Shown piece after piece: positions 30,747 to 39,334 of a DNA stretch of 64,000 bases; position 1 is the stretch's first letter, and every line of letters starts with the position of its first letter. Both the position numbers and the translations under genes were made by a program. The stretch is from a virus. The notes beneath the pieces were generated by a model. It did not search any database. It was not told the origin of the DNA and saw nothing but the letters and a program-made list of their open reading frames with translations. The stretch is from IMG/VR virus record IMGVR_UViG_3300048583_000155, positions 6,415 through 70,414 of that record; one strand, 5' to 3'.

Positions 30747-31736
30747 TTATCTTTTTTGTGAGAACGCGTTCATGAGTCCTTCCTCAAATGTGGAATATCC
30801 GGGATTCTGTGGTTGCGGATTGGAATTGCTAGGATTTTTCAAGTCCTGTACCAAATCTTTTCTGCCAAGGCTCTTTCCAAAGTCGATCCATGACTGTCTC
30901 ATTTGATCGGGGTTTTGTTCATAAGCGGCCACATCAATCCATTTTTGGACATTTGGTTTACCGTTTTCAACGAATCCGTTCAGGAAACTGTTGATGTCGA
31001 CTATGGATTCTGCGATTGCGTTCACGTCGTTGACCTTGAAAGCAAACTCACCGTCCGGTGTCTGATAAACTAATTTACCCTTTTCCGTGAGGTTTTTGAT
31101 CTCAGGTAAACTGTTCACTGTTTTTCTTAATGAATCCAAATCAACAGGTTGTTCCTGTCTTTTTGGTTGCAGGTATTGTTCCCTTTCGGAAAGTTTTGCC
31201 TGTCTGTATTTAGAGGCTTCCATCTCCCTTTTTGCATTGTAAATTACAAGCTCATCCTCATCCAAATCCTCTGGGTCGAATTTTGCGACCTCTTTGTTCC
31301 ACATTTTTTCAACAATCTTCGGGTCGTACTCGGCGTTTTCCTCGAAGAATTTTTTCTTCATAATCTCATCAGTTGACATTCCTTCCCAATTGACCGCGTA
31401 TGCCTTGAAAAATGGATCAAGGTCGCCGTTTGAATTGTAAGTATCAACTACTTTTTTAATGAAATCATCCTTAAAAGCGGGTTCTGACGGTTTATTAATG
31501 AAGTCGTTTACCTCATCCCAAGATTTGAATTTCCCACCGAATTTATCAGTAGGAAAGTCGTTTACAGGCTCCTGTTCAATAGGTCCTTGTGATACGGGTT
31601 CTTGGGTTATTTCTTGCTGAATAGGTGTTTCAGCGACCACTTCCTGAACAGGTTGCTCCTGTGGAGCTTCTTGTTCCATTACTGCTCCCCCTTGGGAGAC
31701 TTTACTGAATTCTGCGGCTAATCCTGTGAAATCCAT
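30747..31736 (-). CDS. Capsid scaffolding protein
   Basis: Acidic Gln/Glu/Pro-rich N-terminus, GRKDLVQDLKNPS C-terminal motif, between portal and MCP. Confidence 0.7.
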   Translation of the reverse strand: MDFTGLAAEFSKVSQGGAVMEQEAPQEQPVQEVVAETPIQQEITQEPVSQGPIEQEPVNDFPTDKFGGKFKSWDEVNDFINKPSEPAFKDDFIKKVVDTYNSNGDLDPFFKAYAVNWEGMSTDEIMKKKFFEENAEYDPKIVEKMWNKEVAKFDPEDLDEDELVIYNAKREMEASKYRQAKLSEREQYLQPKRQEQPVDLDSLRKTVNSLPEIKNLTEKGKLVYQTPDGEFAFKVNDVNAIAESIVDINSFLNGFVENGKPNVQKWIDVAAYEQNPDQMRQSWIDFGKSLGRKDLVQDLKNPSNSNPQPQNPGYSTFEEGLMNAFSQKR

Positions 31737-31755
31737 GCCCTAATTTAAGTTTAAT

Positions 31756-33999
31756 TTATGAATTATTTGAATTTTGCTCCATTTGTTTTACTACCTGCTT
31801 ACCTTGGTTCTCAACTTGCTTGGTAATAATCCTACCCTCTTCGCGTTGGGTTCCTTCTGCGTATCTAGCCTGCAACTCCATTGCTTTGAGTTTTTGCTTC
31901 TCTTGGCTTTCAGTAAGCATGTATTGGGTTTTCAATTGATAATCCAACTGCATAGTCTGTTGTTTAGCTTGTTCCGCCATCAAAGCGCTTTGCTGTTGAA
32001 CCTTTCCGTTCTCCTGAATAAGCATTTGCTGATTCTGTTGTTCGATTTGCTTGTTCTTTTTTACGAAGTAAGCGAGTACCGCAGAACGTTCTTTGAGGTT
32101 GTCGATTGTGTCGAGATAGACTTTATCAGCAATAGTAATTTGCCCCGCTTGTAATGCGATCTGCATGTCAGCGATATAGTTCTGTTTTTCTTCATCGGAT
32201 GGCAAATCTTCTAGTTTAATCGAAAGCTCATGTACGCTTATATCGGCGAGTGTCTGCCAAAATCTCTGAGTATTTACCCCGAGAGAAGTCATATAAGGCT
32301 TCATTCCTTTTGCAAAAGCGTCCTGCATTCTGATACATAGCCCCGAAGCGACGCTTTCGTTGATGTGTTTGGCTGCCTTGGTGATATGATAAAGCGCATT
32401 TGAAGTACTTTGTAAAGCAATATTCGCTACACCGTTCAGCATTCTAGGATCAGGCGTACTTCCATCGGTAACTTCGTTGAATCCGATGTTATCCCTCAAC
32501 AACTGCATATAACCATTAATAAGCCCGACCAACTGATTCACCTCTCCCATTACCTGAGATTGGATATTTTGAATCGGTACATTGGCAAACGGCTCCCCAT
32601 CCTCAGTTCTTGACCGGTAAGGAAAATCACCTCTCTGTCTATAAAGTTCTAGGATTTTCAAAGGTTTCCATTTCTCACCGGCACTTCCGAGATTGACGTT
32701 ATCGAGCGCTGACAAATCAAATGCAATCCCCGGAGGCACTATGTTCAGTATAAGGTTTTGAAGTTTCAACCAAGCAATCTGAATTTGGTCAGCAACCGGA
32801 ATCATTGACTCCACAACTCCAAAGAATCTCATCTGATCTTGTGAGGGAGCAAAAGCATGGAATGAAGATTGGGTATCCCTGAGCGAGTTTTTAGCCCGTT
32901 TCATATCAGTCTCTAGCCCATAATCATAAATAAAATCAGTACCAATAATCCACTTTGCTTTATAAATCACCTTGTATTCGGCAGATTCATACTTTTCTCC
33001 TTTATCTTTTTTCCAAAAATCTGCTTTCCTGACATCAAGGTTTCCTGCTGAATTGACTCTTTTTTCAAAAACTTTTGTATTAATACTATCGAATTCAATA
33101 TCAACAACATTAATCTTATCGTCATCCCAAGGTCTTGACGGTCTTTGGTAAGCACTTTCTTCCCATCTTCCGCGAGTTTTTGACTTTTCTACAATTTGAG
33201 CCATCTCCTCCTCATTAAACCCACCTTCTCTTCGTACATCCTCTGCTGTTTTTGGAAGTACTTCATACCTGTACTTCGCATCTGAAAAATCATATTCTTC
33301 CGAATAAGAGCAAGCAAAAGCATAAGGTTTTACGTGCCGGACTTTGATTTTTCCGTTCTCATCGAAGTATTCTTTGACTATCGCATAACCGAAATTAAAA
33401 ATATCCTCTTTTATCCTCTCTTCAATCTGCTCGTATTTATTGTTATCAAACACAAGTTTCAAACCGTGTTCGACCTCGATTGCTGCTTGGTGCTTATAAG
33501 AAAACTCTCTTTTGATTCTTAACTCTTCCAATGACTGCGGTTCACCTTCTTCCATCCCGAGCATCTGAGCGATATTTGGAATGTCACCCAACTGATCCAT
33601 CAAATCAATTTTGGCTTTCTGTTCAGCGAAGTAACTTTCTTCCTGATCTCTCGCGAGTGAATCAATCGCTTTTGCCGTGATGTTGTATTTTACTTTATTC
33701 AGTTTCCCGAGAGCTATTTTCTTGAACTTTGGGATAAAAGGAACTATCGTGTAGTCAAGCTGAATGAATCTTTCGGTTCTGTCGTTTGCGTCCTTTGGCT
33801 CAAATCTGGTCTGATAAGGAGTGATTGACTGATTTCCATTAGAGTAATCTATGAGTTTTCTCAGGTTTTCCCTACCGTGATAAAAAAAATTCCTGCCGAC
33901 ACCTCTACTTTCCTCATACGCCGCTTTAACGTACTGAAGAATCCATTTACTATCCTTTTTTGCAGGATCAATATCGTGCCTCGGAAATATTTGTTTCAT
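31756..33999 (-). CDS. Portal protein
   Basis: Downstream of terL; LDYTIVPFIPKF, MIPVADQIQI, IGFNEVTDGSTP motifs; Gln-rich C-terminal barrel. Confidence 0.85.
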   Translation of the reverse strand: MKQIFPRHDIDPAKKDSKWILQYVKAAYEESRGVGRNFFYHGRENLRKLIDYSNGNQSITPYQTRFEPKDANDRTERFIQLDYTIVPFIPKFKKIALGKLNKVKYNITAKAIDSLARDQEESYFAEQKAKIDLMDQLGDIPNIAQMLGMEEGEPQSLEELRIKREFSYKHQAAIEVEHGLKLVFDNNKYEQIEERIKEDIFNFGYAIVKEYFDENGKIKVRHVKPYAFACSYSEEYDFSDAKYRYEVLPKTAEDVRREGGFNEEEMAQIVEKSKTRGRWEESAYQRPSRPWDDDKINVVDIEFDSINTKVFEKRVNSAGNLDVRKADFWKKDKGEKYESAEYKVIYKAKWIIGTDFIYDYGLETDMKRAKNSLRDTQSSFHAFAPSQDQMRFFGVVESMIPVADQIQIAWLKLQNLILNIVPPGIAFDLSALDNVNLGSAGEKWKPLKILELYRQRGDFPYRSRTEDGEPFANVPIQNIQSQVMGEVNQLVGLINGYMQLLRDNIGFNEVTDGSTPDPRMLNGVANIALQSTSNALYHITKAAKHINESVASGLCIRMQDAFAKGMKPYMTSLGVNTQRFWQTLADISVHELSIKLEDLPSDEEKQNYIADMQIALQAGQITIADKVYLDTIDNLKERSAVLAYFVKKNKQIEQQNQQMLIQENGKVQQQSALMAEQAKQQTMQLDYQLKTQYMLTESQEKQKLKAMELQARYAEGTQREEGRIITKQVENQGKQVVKQMEQNSNNS

Positions 34000-36023
34000 T
34001 TATAAGTATAAAATACGTCTTGGATGTCAAGATAATCCTCTTTTTTGGTTTTTTCAACTTTTGACATAAATCTATTTGCGGCAATCAGGTTATACCCCGA
34101 TGTCATGCCTAAGTCAAACTTGGTTGTTTTGTTTATGTCAAACTTAATCCACTCCTCAATAAGATCAATACTGTCCTCGTTGTCGATACAATCTTCTATA
34201 TACTGAAGGGTGTGATTGACTATCTCCAAATGGGAACCGGGTGTTCCGGGAATACCGGGTTCTTTTCTACCATCCAAATGTATTAAAAATTTTGAGAAAT
34301 TCATATCAAAACGATTTCTGCCGTCGCACCACTCAGCAAACCCCGGCTTGTTGTTTTCATAGAGTATGTCACCCCCAAAAAACCAACATGCCATTATTAT
34401 ATCTTCATAAAGAATTGAAGGTGTTTTTGGTCGGTTGGCGTAGGTCAAGACAAACTTGTCTGAGTCAAACGGAAACCTGCTGTCAAACTTTCTAAAAGCC
34501 GAAATACCGCCATTAGATTTTCTTCCGTCTTCGGTAGTTTTATGATCGAAAGGGTCAGTTGCCAAGCAGAATCTCATTTTGTTTCTCGGAATAGGCACTG
34601 TGGTTCCTCCGACTTGGTTCCATAAATTAGGGTCGCCCAAGTCAAGGCTTTTATGCAACTTGAACTTACCGTTTTTCTTTTCTACGAACACCACCCCTTT
34701 CCAAATATCATTCGGGTTTACTAATTTGAAATCTCCGGTTCGCCATTTTGATTCGATTGTCGTCAGTATGTCATATCTATCTTCCAACAACTCCAAATTG
34801 TAATGACAATCCTTAGATTGAGGTCTGAACGCATCTTTTGGGGACAACGGGTATTTTCTTTTATAATCAGAAACAGCTTTCTGATCTCCACCTAACCCTT
34901 GGATTGTGTTTAAGATAGTCTGCTCGTTTTTTAACTTATCGCACTTCCCGTATTTATCAAGACCTCTAGTTTCGGCAGCACTGATAAAATACCTGTAAAG
35001 CCCTGATTTGGTATGCCCGTTACTATCTCTTTTCTCAGGGTCAGAATCATCCCATAAATCCATGTAACACTGAAGTTTACCTTCAATTTCTTCTACAGTC
35101 GAGGTCAGAAGAGCTTTCCCTATTATTCTTTCGGTAATATTATCAACCAAGCACTCTTTTACAACCCTAAATCTTTCATATATATCTACCTCTTCAGTTT
35201 TAAACACCTCGTCATGGAGCATTGTAATCATTTTTTCGCCATCATACGCGTATAGTCCTGATGGTCGGAAATCAATAATAGATTCTAGTTCAACCTCCTG
35301 CTCCACAGACTTCCCTTTTTGAGAAGTATTAAAAAATCTTATTTCTGATTTAGGAATAGTACCGGAACTTGTGTCATAAACAGGCTTGAAAAAATGAGGC
35401 AGTTTCCTGAATTGAGATACTATCGCCTTGCCAAAAACCTTTTTACCGTCTTGGTTTGTTTTTGATTGTATTCCGGCGTTTGAATGTGGGGTACGGCTTG
35501 CGGGTTCGTATGTGAAAACACCGCCGACATACGTCTTTCCACAACGCCTAGGTCCCATCTCTACCCTTCCGTATGAGCGAGGGTCTTGCGCGCAGTATTC
35601 TAAATGGTAAAATCTTTTTCTATCATAATCAAAGTACCAAGGATATCCAACATCAATCGGCCACCAATTAAGATAAAACCAATGAAGCCCGGTAATGTAG
35701 GTCGGTTCACCATCGTTGTAAAACCAGAAGCCGTTCATTCTCTTAAACCAATGCTCCTTCCTTACTTCCTCACATTCAGATATTACATAATCCCTGTTTC
35801 CGGTTTCTTCGATTATCCTTTCTTCTTCCTTGCGCTTTTTGTCGTACCAATCCGGCAATGGTTGTCTTTCCCAAAATTGATTTTTCTTATTGGACGACCT
35901 TGAATAAACACCTGTTTTAACCCACTCACCTGAAAAATTATCATAAACCCAACCAACAGGAGGGATATTAACTATTAAACCTTGTAATTCTAACTCCGAT
36001 GAGTCTTTGTGCTTACGATACAT
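33996..36023 (-). CDS. terL: Terminase large subunit
   Basis: Walker A PRRCGKT, Walker B MLHDE, coupling TST, nuclease ATDPFD, LYENN, KFD. Confidence 0.9.
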   Translation of the reverse strand: MYRKHKDSSELELQGLIVNIPPVGWVYDNFSGEWVKTGVYSRSSNKKNQFWERQPLPDWYDKKRKEEERIIEETGNRDYVISECEEVRKEHWFKRMNGFWFYNDGEPTYITGLHWFYLNWWPIDVGYPWYFDYDRKRFYHLEYCAQDPRSYGRVEMGPRRCGKTYVGGVFTYEPASRTPHSNAGIQSKTNQDGKKVFGKAIVSQFRKLPHFFKPVYDTSSGTIPKSEIRFFNTSQKGKSVEQEVELESIIDFRPSGLYAYDGEKMITMLHDEVFKTEEVDIYERFRVVKECLVDNITERIIGKALLTSTVEEIEGKLQCYMDLWDDSDPEKRDSNGHTKSGLYRYFISAAETRGLDKYGKCDKLKNEQTILNTIQGLGGDQKAVSDYKRKYPLSPKDAFRPQSKDCHYNLELLEDRYDILTTIESKWRTGDFKLVNPNDIWKGVVFVEKKNGKFKLHKSLDLGDPNLWNQVGGTTVPIPRNKMRFCLATDPFDHKTTEDGRKSNGGISAFRKFDSRFPFDSDKFVLTYANRPKTPSILYEDIIMACWFFGGDILYENNKPGFAEWCDGRNRFDMNFSKFLIHLDGRKEPGIPGTPGSHLEIVNHTLQYIEDCIDNEDSIDLIEEWIKFDINKTTKFDLGMTSGYNLIAANRFMSKVEKTKKEDYLDIQDVFYTYK

Positions 36024-36549
36024 GAGCCCAATTCCTTCTATTTACCACTAAAGTTACGCAAGTTTGCGAAACATTAAAGTGATCTGCTATTTGTTGCCTT
36101 GTGTATTTTTCAGCCATCTTTCTAATTTCCCTGACTTTTTCTTCATTTAGCTTTGCACCGCCATGAATTTCTCCTTTATATACCTTTCTTAAACTGTTTT
36201 CAAACGCGTGTATCGCATTAAGACTAGCATTACACCATTCTAAGTTTAAGTAATGATTGTTTTGTTTATTTCCATCAATATGATTCACTTGATCCAAACC
36301 GTCAACTATATCTAAAAACTGTTCAGCTACCAACCTATGTACGGAAAAACTAACCCTATTATCATTTTTACTCAAACTCACGACCAGATATTTGTTTCCC
36401 CTATCACTCATTGCGAGAATCTTTTCCTTATGAACACTCGAAAACCCTGTTGCTCTCTTTATAACCCTATCTATCGACTTAACCCGACCAAAACTACTTA
36501 CTTGATACATTCCTTCGTACCCATTAATGTCTTTCCATATTTCTTCCAT
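36013..36549 (-). CDS. NUMOD4-HNH homing endonuclease
   Basis: MEEIWKDINGYEGMYQVSSFGRVKS (NUMOD4), VHRLVA, VNHIDGNKQNN..NLEW (HNH), C-terminal HTH; start reassigned to MEEIWK. Confidence 0.93.
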   Translation of the reverse strand: MEEIWKDINGYEGMYQVSSFGRVKSIDRVIKRATGFSSVHKEKILAMSDRGNKYLVVSLSKNDNRVSFSVHRLVAEQFLDIVDGLDQVNHIDGNKQNNHYLNLEWCNASLNAIHAFENSLRKVYKGEIHGGAKLNEEKVREIRKMAEKYTRQQIADHFNVSQTCVTLVVNRRNWAHVS

Positions 36550-36563
36550 AAAACAAACCTGCC

Positions 36564-36640
36564 CCACATCAGAAGGTCAGAGGCTTCATCCGCGAGGCAT
36601 TTGGTTTTTAAGTTCTTGTTATCGCTCTGACCCGATGTGG
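36564..36640 (-). promoter_or_regulatory. Structured 5' leader of the HNH gene
   Basis: CCACATC/GATGTGG and GGTCAGAG/CTCTGACC inverted repeats directly after a TATATTTA -7-like element. Confidence 0.55.
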
Positions 36641-36728
36641 TAAATATATAAATAATTTTCATAATCGTGTAATAAAAAAACCCCAATTCAAAGAAAAGGG
36701 GATTTTTGATTGTGTATGTCCATTAACC

Positions 36729-37358
36729 CTACTTTAATTTCTTTGCCACTGACTCCGGTGAAAACCTCACAACCTCAACCACTTTCTCTTCCAAAACTTT
36801 ATCTCCGTTGTAGAACTTTTCGTAGAGCATAGTCAAATCAGCATCTACTTTCATAATATTCTCACGGACTTTTTCTTTTAAATTAAGTGTGGTTACAAGG
36901 TCTTTATCGCCCTTTACATCAAACGTATTCTGCATTAGAATCGTGGAATATTGTAGAAATATTGATTCGTTCTGACAAATAATAAACCAAGTTCTGTCGT
37001 TTTGAAATCTAAGAAACTCGATCACCATATTGATAAAAACAGGATCGGTCATTTCAGTTACAAGCTCTCGGTTTACTCCCGATTCTTCAATGGATTTTTC
37101 CCTTCTGATTTCCAAGTCGGAGAATTTCTTTAGGAATGGGCTAGATTTATCATACATGAACAAAATATAAAGCGCTTTCGAGTTGAACACCTGAGCGTTG
37201 TTATCGTGTTTTTTCCAAGACGGCAATTCATTCATCTTTGGATTTGAAAGCCTCATATCCATTCCTGAGCCATCCAATTCAAAAGCAAACTTCGCTTCTA
37301 AAATCCAATTAGGAAATTCTAATTTTACCTTTGGGTCTTTGAATTCTTTTGTTTTCAT
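36729..37358 (-). CDS. Candidate terminase small subunit
   Basis: Helical 209 aa protein upstream of terL (HNH inserted between); positional inference. Confidence 0.45.
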   Translation of the reverse strand: MKTKEFKDPKVKLEFPNWILEAKFAFELDGSGMDMRLSNPKMNELPSWKKHDNNAQVFNSKALYILFMYDKSSPFLKKFSDLEIRREKSIEESGVNRELVTEMTDPVFINMVIEFLRFQNDRTWFIICQNESIFLQYSTILMQNTFDVKGDKDLVTTLNLKEKVRENIMKVDADLTMLYEKFYNGDKVLEEKVVEVVRFSPESVAKKLK

Positions 37359-37609
37359 TGTCCGTTCTCCATTTTTTCAATACACGCAGCATACCCACAG
37401 ATATCTACCAAGTTGTCACGCTTTGGTTTATTCATTTGCCGGGCGACCTTCAGCTGAATCATGCACAAAACAACTTCTTCAGGAGTAACATCTTTTTTCA
37501 AAACAGCACTCCACAATTTAGCGATAGTCGTAAAACTTTCGGTTACAGAACCATAATCTTCCTGCCTGTCGCCGTAAACCAATTTTTGAGCCTCTTCGGT
37601 TATTGTCAT
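37355..37609 (-). CDS. DUF6378-like protein (all-alpha NTP pyrophosphatase-like)
   Basis: EAQKLVYGDRQEDYG ... IAKLWS ... MIQLKVAR ... DNLVDICGYA. Confidence 0.85.
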   Translation of the reverse strand: MTITEEAQKLVYGDRQEDYGSVTESFTTIAKLWSAVLKKDVTPEEVVLCMIQLKVARQMNKPKRDNLVDICGYAACIEKMENGQ

Positions 37610-37634
37610 AATTTTAATTTATTTATATTTGTCC

Positions 37635-38240
37635 ATGCCTGATAATAAAGAAGAAAAAGCCAAACGAAAGAAAGCTGTTGCTTTGGTTGAATACAAACCA
37701 AACGAGCTTGGTGTCCGGGATGAAGCATTCGTCACTGAAGGAAATAACCTTAAATCTTTCTATGCCAAAAACTATCCCGACACCGATTTGGAAGTAATAC
37801 CTTTTTATGGTCAAGATGAATTCAATTCCACTAAAGAGAAAATCAAAGGCGTTGAAGATGTGTATCTCATGGGCCATATGGGTTCCCGTATCGGTAACGT
37901 CCCTCATGAAGAAATGGCTAAAACCCTCAAGGACTCCGGCGCCAAGAACTGTACGATAGGCAGTTGTTCTTTCGAAGGTTACGCTGATATATACAAGAGT
38001 CAAGGATTTCAAAACCTTAAATGGAGAGAAAAAGAACCTTGGCTTGGAGTTTGGGATAACGCCAAAGATATTGATTCCGCTTTCTTCGCTAAAAGACTCG
38101 TTCCTAATCCCGGTCCAACAGATCAACCCGCCAATGTCACCAAACCGGTTCAGGGAGTACACTTCAATCGAATCTTCAACAGACCCAAAGAAGAGGCTGT
38201 TCCGGTTCCTGCTAGACCAAACCCTGCTTTTTTCAAGTAG
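37635..38240 (+). CDS. Putative cysteine protease, clan CD (caspase/C80-like fold)
   Basis: VYLMGH ... CTIGSC His-Cys pattern; only sizeable + strand gene in a minus-strand block; TATATTTG promoter element 3 nt before ATG. Confidence 0.55.
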   Translation: MPDNKEEKAKRKKAVALVEYKPNELGVRDEAFVTEGNNLKSFYAKNYPDTDLEVIPFYGQDEFNSTKEKIKGVEDVYLMGHMGSRIGNVPHEEMAKTLKDSGAKNCTIGSCSFEGYADIYKSQGFQNLKWREKEPWLGVWDNAKDIDSAFFAKRLVPNPGPTDQPANVTKPVQGVHFNRIFNRPKEEAVPVPARPNPAFFK

Positions 38241-38463
38241 TCTCATACCTTTTCGCGTGTTTTCTACAGAAATGTTTATTAGTCGGCATTTTTTCAGCAC
38301 AACACACCACACATCCAAATCCTTTTACATCTACTTTTCTTTTCAGTTGGTGTAAAATCGCAAGTGTAATTCCCATTTGCTTTCTCACAGACTGAATCGA
38401 ATACCCTGACTGAAGAAGCTCAGTCGCATGGATTAGATTTTCAGACCTCATCGAAAATATCAT
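38233..38463 (-). CDS. Small HTH + Zn-finger protein
   Basis: GYSIQSVRKQMGI helix-turn-helix-like; CVVC ... FCRKH. Confidence 0.6.
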   Translation of the reverse strand: MIFSMRSENLIHATELLQSGYSIQSVRKQMGITLAILHQLKRKVDVKGFGCVVCCAEKMPTNKHFCRKHAKRYETT

Positions 38464-38668
38464 CTACTATTTCAACTATTTCTTCAAGTTCCTGAATCAA
38501 CGCGTCATTCGAAGCTAATCCTTTGTATTCGAATTTTGCGTTACCGAGTCTTGCTCTGAGTGAAGCCTGTAAATCTTCAACCCCGTTCCGATAACCCTTG
38601 ATTCTTTTCGACTGAAGCGCTATTGTCAGGATCAACAAACCTATTATTACGACTATGATTAATTCCAT
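38441..38668 (-). CDS. Small membrane-anchored protein
   Basis: N-terminal TM helix MELIIVVIIGLLILTIAL. Confidence 0.7.
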   Translation of the reverse strand: MELIIVVIIGLLILTIALQSKRIKGYRNGVEDLQASLRARLGNAKFEYKGLASNDALIQELEEIVEIVDDIFDEV

Positions 38669-38690
38669 CTCCTAAAGTTAATTAACATTG

Positions 38691-38891
38691 TTAATCTATC
38701 CAATACCTCTTTACTTTTTTTTGATTCGGAAGGGTTACAAATTCCGACTTAATCTGAACACCTTTAGCTTTAAGTTCAAAGCAACGCGCACCAAGCCTAA
38801 AACACCCGAATAAATTCAGCGCTTCCAACGGTGTTATGCTCTTCCCTGATTTCATGTAAGCAAGGATCATTTGGTTTTGCGATTCTTTCAT
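38691..38891 (-). CDS. Winged helix-turn-helix protein (phage HTH_39-like)
   Basis: SQNQMILAYMKSGKSITPLEALNLFGCFRLGARCFELK. Confidence 0.88.
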   Translation of the reverse strand: MKESQNQMILAYMKSGKSITPLEALNLFGCFRLGARCFELKAKGVQIKSEFVTLPNQKKVKRYWID

Positions 38892-39322
38892 GGTTCGAAT
38901 TTTATAGTCACATCATCATTCCAATTCGGATTCTTGAATCCTGCGAATTTTTCATTCCAGTAGTTCTTGATTTCTTTCAGAGTCTCTTCCGGTAACAGAC
39001 TTTTCAGCGCGGGAGGCAGACTTACTTTCTTTGGAGGCTTGTCGCCTTTGAGTTTGTCTGAGACATAATCGTGCAAAATCCATTTCTTAAACGCCGGACG
39101 TTTGAGTGAATTTTCCTGAATATCTTTGACTGCCATTTGAATATCGGCATTCACTTCTTTCGACACTACTTCGATATCACAGATCACTTCCTCCAAGAAT
39201 TCCCAATCGGTTTCCTGAGCGACTTCCCCGTTTTTTCTTTTTGCCCGGAGCATAATCTTCATCGCGTCTTTATGACTGACTGATAAAATGTAAGCAAGCT
39301 GTTTTGATGTGATTGTTTTCAT
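38888..39322 (-). CDS. Hypothetical protein, possible N-terminal HTH
   Basis: ITSKQLAYILSVSHKDA; in operon after dnaB. Confidence 0.65.
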   Translation of the reverse strand: MKTITSKQLAYILSVSHKDAMKIMLRAKRKNGEVAQETDWEFLEEVICDIEVVSKEVNADIQMAVKDIQENSLKRPAFKKWILHDYVSDKLKGDKPPKKVSLPPALKSLLPEETLKEIKNYWNEKFAGFKNPNWNDDVTIKFEP

Positions 39323-39334
39323 AGTTTTTGTTGT

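Noticed and set aside
33996-36567. Group I intron or intein in terL associated with the HNH gene
   Set aside because: terL is one continuous 675-aa ORF with all motifs; the HNH is free-standing upstream
36498-36686. 62-aa minus-strand ORF upstream of HNH
   Set aside because: Overlaps a terminator-like hairpin, promoter and structured leader; better explained as non-coding regulatory DNA
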